Source of the DNA: an uncultured Erysipelotrichaceae bacterium
GTDB lineage: Bacteria > Bacillota_I > Bacilli_A > Erysipelotrichales > Erysipelotrichaceae
NCBI GenBank assembly: GCA_964457525.1
Contig: CAYWGS010000042.1
Location: 1-12,160 of the forward strand
Direction: 5' to 3'
DNA: 12,160 nt
Position 1 is the stretch's first letter. The number at the start of each line of letters is the position of its first letter. A program made the position numbers and the translations under genes. The notes under the pieces were generated by a model that worked only from the letters and a program-made list of their open reading frames with translations, did not search any database and was not told where the DNA came from. Shown in pieces: positions 6,944 to 12,160 of this stretch.

Positions 6944-6957
6944 CTTAAAGGATAACT

Positions 6958-7464
6958 ATGAAATTAATTGCGCATTTTGAAGATGTATTCTGGGAAAATG
7001 AACCCATCGATCATATTCGATTCACATCACGTGTTTTTTTAAAGAATGATTTGGGTCAATATGCTTTCTTGCATATTTGTGGAGAAGATTTCCTAGGTGA
7101 AAGAAATCATTTAGAAACCTGTGGGGGTGGTGTTGAAGAAGATGAAACGTTCTTAGATGCCGCAATTCGTGAAGTAAAAGAAGAGTTAGGTGTTAAAGCA
7201 AAGAATTTTAAAGAGTTAGGTGCTATTGTTGAGAGACTCAATCCCATTCACCGCATGACCTGTAGTGTATTCTTTAGCGCAGAAGTGGATGAAATCTCTG
7301 AAGATACCAATCGTACTGAAGAAGAAAAAATACTGATTGACTCAGTATTGTGGTTATATCCTGATGAAGTTATTCGAAGACTATCACAAGCAAATTCTTA
7401 TGTCGATGCGTATGTTCATCGAAGAGACTTAAGAGCGTTCATCTATCTTTTGGAAAATAGTTAA
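6958..7464 (+). CDS. Nudix hydrolase, substrate unknown
   Basis: A complete Nudix box G57-x5-E-x7-REVKEELGV (GGVEEDETFLDAAIREVKEELGV, nt 7126-7194). There is a weak SD (AAAGGA at 6947-6952). Confidence 0.85.
   Translation: MKLIAHFEDVFWENEPIDHIRFTSRVFLKNDLGQYAFLHICGEDFLGERNHLETCGGGVEEDETFLDAAIREVKEELGVKAKNFKELGAIVERLNPIHRMTCSVFFSAEVDEISEDTNRTEEEKILIDSVLWLYPDEVIRRLSQANSYVDAYVHRRDLRAFIYLLENS
7325..7349 (-). terminator. Candidate - strand intrinsic terminator for ytqA-mnmM, embedded in the Nudix CDS
   Basis: On the - strand, AATACTGA-gtcaa-TCAGTATT (7349-7329) forms an 8-bp stem and runs into TTTTTT (7330-7325), then CTTCTTC. It lies about 80 nt downstream of the mnmM stop. The stem is AU-rich and therefore weak. 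Confidence 0.4.
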
Positions 7465-7968
7465 CACTGGTGCTAAATCATCATTATCGTACGTATAGCT
7501 TTGGATCATCCGAAGCTTTTTATTTTGATTCAAGAAGTTCATAATTCCTTCATATTCTTCGATTCCACCTTCATGTTTTCGATAAAGGGTAATACAAAGA
7601 TATCCATTAGGATTTAAGAGTTGAATACTCTTGTCGAGTGCAGTAATACTTGATTTCATTTCAGTTGTAATACTTGTCTCGGAGTTCGGTAGATATCCAT
7701 TATTCATAATCACAATATCCACATTTGTATTTAATACCGTATCAAGCTGAGAATGATCAAGACAATAGAAATCTTTATTGGGGTAATTCTCACACTTTAA
7801 AGTAGCTCGAACAATCGCAATCGCTTGTATATCAAAAGCATAGACATGCTTAAAGTGTTGAAGACAAAATAACGCATCATTTCCATTTCCAAGCGTTAAG
7901 TCACAAACAATCGCATTCGAATCACAATGTTTAAGTAGAAAATGATGCATGAAGCTTGTTACTCGCAT
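7429..7968 (-). CDS. mnmM: SAM-dependent tRNA (mnm5s2U34) methyltransferase MnmM (YtqB family)
   Basis: 179-aa class I methyltransferase with motif I CDLTLGNGNDA, matching the D-x-T-x-GNG-x-D signature of YtqB. It lies immediately downstream of, and overlaps by 10 nt, a ytqA-type radical SAM gene, as in the B. subtilis ytqA-ytqB pair. Confidence 0.75.
   Translation of the reverse strand: MRVTSFMHHFLLKHCDSNAIVCDLTLGNGNDALFCLQHFKHVYAFDIQAIAIVRATLKCENYPNKDFYCLDHSQLDTVLNTNVDIVIMNNGYLPNSETSITTEMKSSITALDKSIQLLNPNGYLCITLYRKHEGGIEEYEGIMNFLNQNKKLRMIQSYTYDNDDLAPVLTIFQKIDERS
7497..7526 (+). terminator. Candidate + strand intrinsic terminator for the Nudix gene, embedded in the mnmM CDS
   Basis: AGCTTTGG (7497-7504) pairs with CCGAAGCT (7510-7517): 8 bp including one G-U, loop atcat. 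It is followed by TTTTATTTT (7518-7526), 33 nt after the Nudix stop. There is no T-run on the opposite strand. Confidence 0.55.
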
Positions 7969-8894
7969 AAATCCCCCTGTGTGATATTAAGCGCTGCCAT
8001 TTTCTTATCGATTCCATTGAGAACCATTATCTTATTCTTAATCCACTGTGGTTCGATTAAGTCCTCATGACTGTAATCACCGGTTAAGCGTAAAATAGAT
8101 ACTTCTTTTGGGATATATCTTAACTGTGTAATGACACAATCGATGTATTCTTCCAAACTAAGTAGCTTAAAAGGGCTCTTATGATATTGCAGGCCTAAAT
8201 TAGAATTTTTTAAAACATTTAACATATGTATTTTAATCCCATAAGGCCTTAGTTGTCCAACTTCTTTAACTGTTTCAATCATTTGTTCAACTGTTTCAGT
8301 TGGATAACCATTCATCACATGAACAATTAACATCAAATTAGTCTTCTTTAACTTTTCAAATACTTCTTCAAATAACGCATAATCATACCCACGATTCATG
8401 TGCTTTGCGGTTTCATCATGAATGGTTTGTAATCCTAATTCAAGATAAACATCCTTTATATGTGTTAATGAATCTAAATATTCAATAATCGAATCATCTA
8501 AACAATCCACACGTGTCGCAATCGATAAAGCAATCACATCTGGATGATGAATAAATGGATCATACAGTAACTTCAATTGTTCTACAGGTGCATAGGTATT
8601 CGTAAAGGCTTGGAAGTAAGCAATTGCCTTTGCATCCGGCCATTTTTGTTGCTGGATCTTAACCCCTCTATTGAATTGTTCTAATAAATTAAGTGTTGTG
8701 TTTCCCTGGAAATCTCCACTCCCAATATCATTACAGAAGGTACATCCCCCATAACCACACTTTCCATCTCGATTGGGACAAGTGAAGCCTGCATTGAGTC
8801 CTACTTTAAATACTTTAGTGTTATAGCGTTTACGACTCGCATAATTAAATGTGTGGTAACGCTTGTTGTCATTGGAATAAATAAATGTGTTCAT
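7959..8894 (-). CDS. ytqA: TIGR01212-family radical SAM protein YtqA (proposed MnmL)
   Basis: 311 aa with the N-terminal cysteine cluster FTCPNRDGKCGYGGCTFC characteristic of the YtqA/TIGR01212 family. Followed by a TIM-barrel-like radical SAM core and coupled to mnmM. Confidence 0.8.
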   Translation of the reverse strand: MNTFIYSNDNKRYHTFNYASRKRYNTKVFKVGLNAGFTCPNRDGKCGYGGCTFCNDIGSGDFQGNTTLNLLEQFNRGVKIQQQKWPDAKAIAYFQAFTNTYAPVEQLKLLYDPFIHHPDVIALSIATRVDCLDDSIIEYLDSLTHIKDVYLELGLQTIHDETAKHMNRGYDYALFEEVFEKLKKTNLMLIVHVMNGYPTETVEQMIETVKEVGQLRPYGIKIHMLNVLKNSNLGLQYHKSPFKLLSLEEYIDCVITQLRYIPKEVSILRLTGDYSHEDLIEPQWIKNKIMVLNGIDKKMAALNITQGDLCE

Positions 8895-8900
8895 AGTCGT

Positions 8901-8909
8901 ATTGTAGCA
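8901..8909 (-). promoter_or_regulatory. Extended -10 promoter TGcTACAAT placed for a leaderless ytqA transcript
   Basis: The - strand reads TGCTACAAT-ACGACT-ATG, so the hexamer ends exactly 6 nt before the A of the start codon (8894). No purine-rich SD exists in that interval. Confidence 0.45.
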
Positions 8910-9069
8910 CAGACCAATATGTGAATACTTGTATTTATATGAAGTACAAGTTAATATAAAAATAGAATAAATAGTTAACTAAATTATTCACAAATAATAT
9001 TTTATAGAATAGTAGAAATTCCATAACGTCAGAATTGACTAACATATGGGGATACGGGGGATTTGTTAT

Positions 9070-9411
9070 ATGGATATGTTTATACTTTTCATACTTATTT
9101 TTGGAATACCAAGTATTTTCTTTAGTAAGCCAATCATTGATTATTTTAGGAATAAGAAGAATATTTCGCATGATGAAAGAGTCACTTATCGTTACATTAT
9201 CCAATTAAAAGATGAAGCGATTGGAAAAGTTCAACCCATGGATTTAAGTGAAGTTGGACAGTTTGATGTTTATGGTACCAGTGGTTCAGGTTTACAAGGT
9301 CAAACCTACTTAAAACAAGAGGAGTTTAAGAATTACTTATGTAATAAGTTTGCTTTAAGTTCCAATCTAGTGAATGTTATTGATCCAAATCGCACAATTC
9401 GTAGATACTAA
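9070..9411 (+). CDS. Hypothetical small membrane-anchored protein (113 aa from ATG 9070)
   Basis: The N-terminal hydrophobic helix MDMFILFILIFGIPSIFF is followed by a polar domain. The G-rich SD GGGGGA (9056-9061) lies 8 nt upstream of ATG 9070, which is preferred over the ORF-track start at 9046. I recognise no family, and no clear promoter or terminator was found. Confidence 0.5.
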   Translation: MDMFILFILIFGIPSIFFSKPIIDYFRNKKNISHDERVTYRYIIQLKDEAIGKVQPMDLSEVGQFDVYGTSGSGLQGQTYLKQEEFKNYLCNKFALSSNLVNVIDPNRTIRRY

Positions 9412-9453
9412 TCATTATGGTTGATTAAACGATTAACGGGGTCTAGCACGTAC

Positions 9454-9482
9454 TTGCATTTTAGATATGCATTCGTTATACT
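9454..9482 (+). promoter_or_regulatory. Promoter of the leuS T-box leader: TTGCAT-17 nt-TATACT
   Basis: -35 TTGCAT at 9454-9459, a 17-nt spacer, and -10 TATACT at 9477-9482. The predicted start is near 9489, just before the AGCGAAGA...AGTAG stem I base. Confidence 0.6.
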
Positions 9483-9488
9483 TTATAA

Positions 9489-9693
9489 GTAGCGAAGATA
9501 AACAGTAGTAAGATGAAACTGGTAAGTAGAAATCTGTGGGAGGATGCAACACAGACAAGGTGAAATCTGAACTCGGTTTTGAGCATAAGAGTCAAAAACT
9601 TTTACGGGCCCCCGTTATCGGATTAAGTGTATGCTTCGGCATAAAACAAGGTGGTACCGCGAGAGAGAACTCGTCCTTATGGGACCTTTTTTT
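9489..9693 (+). promoter_or_regulatory. T-box riboswitch leader, leucine-specific (CUC specifier)
   Basis: Stem I base/K-turn-like AGCGAAGA...AGUAG. The specifier loop reads GAA-CUC-G followed by ...UUGAGCA, with CUC at 9572-9574. The conserved T-box sequence AACAAGGUGGUACCGCG lies at 9645-9661, with UGGU at 9652-9655. A terminator follows, and the element is directly upstream of leuS. Confidence 0.9.
9653..9693 (+). terminator. T-box terminator (alternative to the antiterminator)
   Basis: GGUACC (9653-9658) pairs with GGGACC (9681-9686) with one mismatch. An inner helix forms between CGAG (9660-9663) and CUCG (9670-9673). U7 follows at 9687-9693, and the 5' arm overlaps the T-box sequence as expected. 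Confidence 0.6.
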
Positions 9694-9708
9694 ATTTTAG
9701 GAGGAAAA

Positions 9709-12096
9709 ATGAAAGAACATCAGATTATTGAAAAGAAGTGGCAAGACTTCTGGGAAAAGAATGAAACATTCAAAACAGATGTATGGGATTTTAATAAACC
9801 AAAAGCTTACGTCTTAGATATGTTTCCATATCCAAGTGGAAGTGGATTACATGTAGGACATCCAGAAGGATATACCGCAACGGATATTATCTGTCGTATG
9901 AAACGTATGCAAGGCTATAATGTCTTACATCCAATGGGATGGGATGCATTTGGCTTACCAGCGGAACAATACGCTTTAAATACAGGGAATCATCCTGCTG
10001 ATTTTACGAAGAAGAATATTGAAACCTTTAAGAAACAAATTAAGTCATTGGGCTTATCCTATGACTGGAGTAAAGAACTATCCACAACGGATCCAGAATA
10101 CTATAAATGGACTCAATGGATTTTCATTCAACTCTACAATAAGGGTTTAGCGTATGTCGATGAAATTCCGGTTAACTGGTGTCCAGAACTTGGAACGGTT
10201 TTAGCGAATGAAGAAGTCATTGATGGTAAATCAGAACGTGGTAATTTCCCAGTGTATCGTGTGCCAATGCGCCAATGGGTCTTAAAGATTACAGAATATG
10301 CAGAACGCTTATTGGAAGATCTAGATTTAGTTGAATGGCCTCAAAGTACAAAAGAAATGCAAATCAACTGGATTGGTAAATCCGTAGGGGCAAATGTTGT
10401 GTTTAAAGTTGACCAACATGATTTAGAATTCACTGTATTCACAACACGTAGTGACACCTTATTTGGTGCGACTTACTGTGTCCTTGCGCCTGAACATCCT
10501 TTCGTATCACAGATCACAACAGATGCACAGAAAGCGGATGTAGAAGCCTATGTACAAGCCTGTGCTACAAAGTCTGATTTACAACGTACAGAATTAAATA
10601 AAGATAAAACAGGTGTATTTACCGGTGCATATGCAATTAACCCAGTCAATCATAAGAAAGTTCCAATTTGGATTGCGGACTATGTACTCGCAAGCTATGG
10701 GACTGGCGCAATCATGGCAGTTCCTGCTCATGATGAACGTGACTATGCTTTTGCGAAGAAATTCAATCTTGATATTATTCCAGTTCTAGAAGGGGGAGAT
10801 GTGAGTGTTGAAGCCTTTACAGGGGATGGCGCTCACATTAACAGTGATTTCTTAAATGGATTAAACAAAGAAGATGGATTAAAAACCATGAATGAATGGT
10901 TGGTTGAACACAAGTGTGGAGAGGCAAAAGTTACCTATAAACTTCGTGACTGGTTGTTCTCACGTCAACGTTATTGGGGAGAACCAATTCCTATTATCTT
11001 GATGGAAGATGGCACAAAACGTACAGTTGATATTAGTGAGTTACCACTTGAACTACCTGCAGTCGATAACTATAAACCATCGAATACAGGTGAAAGTCCA
11101 TTATCCAATGCAGGTTCTTGGTTGGATGTTGAGATTGATGGGGTGAAAGGTAAACGTGAAACCAATACCATGCCTCAATGGGCAGGTAGTTGTTGGTACT
11201 ACTTACGTTATCTCGATCCTAAGAATAAAGAAGCGATTGCGGCCCCAGAACTCTTAGAACACTGGTTACCAGTTGATTTATATGTGGGTGGTGCGGAACA
11301 TGCGGTTCTTCACTTACTCTACGCTCGTTTCTGGCACAAGGTACTTTATGATATCGGTGCCGTTCCGACCAAAGAACCATTTGCTAAGCTTTTCCACCAA
11401 GGCATGATCTTAGGTGAGAATGGTGAAAAAATGAGTAAATCAAGAGGGAATGTTATTAACCCAGATGATATCTTAGTAACGCATGGTGCAGATGCACTTC
11501 GTGTCTATGAAATGTTTATGGGACCTCTTGAAGCAGCTCTTCCTTGGTCAAGCAATGGATTAGATGGAACACGTAAATGGATTGATCGTGTCATTCGTTT
11601 ATTCACTGAAGTAGGAAAATTCAGTGATGAAAACAATCATTCATTAGATAAGGTCTATCACTATACCGTTAAGAAAGTTACGAGTGATATCACGACACTT
11701 AACTTCAATACCGCTGTTTCTCAAATGATGATTTTCGTGAATGAATGTTATAAAGCAGAAACGATTTATCGTCCATATGCTTTAGGTTTCATCCAAATGT
11801 TCTCAACTTTCGCTCCACATACGGGTGAAGAATTGTGGACAATCATGACGGGTAAAGAAGGAATCAGTTACGAACCATGGCCTGTCTATGAAGAAAAGTA
11901 TCTTGTGGAAGATGAAGTTGAACTTGTTATTCAAGTCAATGGAAAGATTCGTTCTAAGATGGTTGTACCATTTAATGCTAAACAAGAAGACATTCAAGAT
12001 AAAGCGATTGAACTCATTCAATCTCATCTTGAAGGTAAATCAGTACGTAAAGTCATTTATGTACCGAATAAGTTGTTAAATATTGTAGTAGGGTAA
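9709..12096 (+). CDS. leuS: Leucyl-tRNA synthetase
   Basis: HIGH motif [13 protein letters not shown] motif KMSKSRGN, and a large CP1 editing insertion. The start is set at ATG 9709, behind AGGAGG at 9699-9704. The ORF-track start at 9631 lies inside the T-box and terminator. Confidence 0.95.
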   Translation: MKEHQIIEKKWQDFWEKNETFKTDVWDFNKPKAYVLDMFPYPSGSGLHVGHPEGYTATDIICRMKRMQGYNVLHPMGWDAFGLPAEQYALNTGNHPADFTKKNIETFKKQIKSLGLSYDWSKELSTTDPEYYKWTQWIFIQLYNKGLAYVDEIPVNWCPELGTVLANEEVIDGKSERGNFPVYRVPMRQWVLKITEYAERLLEDLDLVEWPQSTKEMQINWIGKSVGANVVFKVDQHDLEFTVFTTRSDTLFGATYCVLAPEHPFVSQITTDAQKADVEAYVQACATKSDLQRTELNKDKTGVFTGAYAINPVNHKKVPIWIADYVLASYGTGAIMAVPAHDERDYAFAKKFNLDIIPVLEGGDVSVEAFTGDGAHINSDFLNGLNKEDGLKTMNEWLVEHKCGEAKVTYKLRDWLFSRQRYWGEPIPIILMEDGTKRTVDISELPLELPAVDNYKPSNTGESPLSNAGSWLDVEIDGVKGKRETNTMPQWAGSCWYYLRYLDPKNKEAIAAPELLEHWLPVDLYVGGAEHAVLHLLYARFWHKVLYDIGAVPTKEPFAKLFHQGMILGENGEKMSKSRGNVINPDDILVTHGADALRVYEMFMGPLEAALPWSSNGLDGTRKWIDRVIRLFTEVGKFSDENNHSLDKVYHYTVKKVTSDITTLNFNTAVSQMMIFVNECYKAETIYRPYALGFIQMFSTFAPHTGEELWTIMTGKEGISYEPWPVYEEKYLVEDEVELVIQVNGKIRSKMVVPFNAKQEDIQDKAIELIQSHLEGKSVRKVIYVPNKLLNIVVG

Positions 12097-12160
12097 TATA
12101 TGTAAAAAGAGGCTGTAACGAAATAGAATAATTAGTTGGTCAAAAAGACAATTAATGATT

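Noticed and set aside
6905-6955. 16-codon uORF (MNQAKEDVLGRLFLKG) spanning terminator T2 and stopping 2 nt before the Nudix ATG. Attractive as a leader-peptide attenuation or reinitiation device.
   Set aside because: No SD is present (the upstream sequence is the C-rich AAUCCCCCGAUU), and the ATG is partly buried in the P2 helix. Nothing in the peptide suggests a sensing function. Ribo-seq would be needed to revive the idea.
7121-7127. 7-nt complementarity between the sRNA-2 loop (CCCCCAC, 6870-6876) and GTGGGGG in the Nudix-box coding region
   Set aside because: It is too short, lies deep inside the CDS rather than at the ribosome-binding site, and the G-run is explained by the GGG of the Nudix box.
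8962-9015. Repeated ATAGAATA(a)(A/G)TAG elements (8962-8974 and 9004-9015) and a 7-bp inverted repeat ACTTGTA-N11-TACAAGT (8927-8951) in the divergent gap
   Set aside because: These are short, AT-rich and expected by chance in this composition, with no clear relation to a defined promoter. Noted only as possible operator candidates.
9046-9069. ORF-track start (ATG 9046) of the small membrane-protein ORF
   Set aside because: No SD precedes 9046. The G-rich SD at 9056-9061 is positioned for ATG 9070, after which the hydrophobic helix starts.
8935-9204. 89-aa - strand ORF
   Set aside because: It lies in an AT-rich gap, overlaps the more plausible + strand ORF, and would run through the ytqA promoter region. 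The composition (N/I/K/Y/F-rich) is typical of random AT-rich frames, and there is no SD.
9631-9708. N-terminal 26-codon extension of leuS ([26 protein letters not shown])
   Set aside because: It overlaps the T-box conserved sequence and the terminator U-tract. An AGGAGG sits immediately before the internal ATG at 9709, where LeuRS-like sequence begins.
11803-12027. 74-aa - strand ORF
   Set aside because: Antisense inside leuS with no start signals. Spurious.
11888-12079. 63-aa + strand ORF in another frame
   Set aside because: Out-of-frame overlap inside leuS with no SD. Spurious.
1-12160. Search for CRISPR repeats, IS or transposon ends, integrase/att sites, tRNA/rRNA, toxin-antitoxin pairs, defence-system genes, long direct or inverted repeats, and frameshifted pseudogenes
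   Set aside because: None was seen. All large ORFs are intact, familiar housekeeping genes with consistent composition. The only slightly atypical composition is the AT-rich gap at 8895-9069.

Overview
AT-rich, low-GC Bacillota-type chromosomal core region; the taxon is inferred only from gene order, Shine-Dalgarno usage and a T-box. On the + strand there is a translationally coupled sufC-sufD-sufS-sufU-sufB Fe-S cluster assembly operon. A 5-formyltetrahydrofolate cyclo-ligase gene is fused to its end by a TAATG overlap, followed by an MFS transporter and a Nudix hydrolase. Converging on the - strand is the ytqA(mnmL)-ytqB(mnmM) pair: a TIGR01212 radical SAM protein and a tRNA mnm5s2U methyltransferase. 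After a divergent AT-rich gap come a small membrane-anchored orphan ORF and a Leu-specific T-box leader (CUC specifier) driving leuS. I see no CRISPR array, IS or transposase, integrase, tRNA or rRNA, toxin-antitoxin or recognisable defence gene, so most of the window is ordinary housekeeping. The exception is the 365-nt gap between the MFS gene and the Nudix gene (6593-6957). It holds two tandem promoter-to-terminator units of about 115 nt, each with C4-C5 runs placed in loops or single strands, which resembles RsaE/RoxS-type C-rich sRNAs. The second unit ends 14 nt before the Nudix ATG, so it would also have to act as that gene's leader. Secondary observations: a recurring TTCACATAT motif, a likely leaderless ytqA mRNA, reciprocal terminators embedded in the convergently overlapping Nudix and mnmM genes, and a short SufD. 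All RNA and regulatory calls are sequence-pattern inferences and need RNA-seq or covariance-model confirmation.
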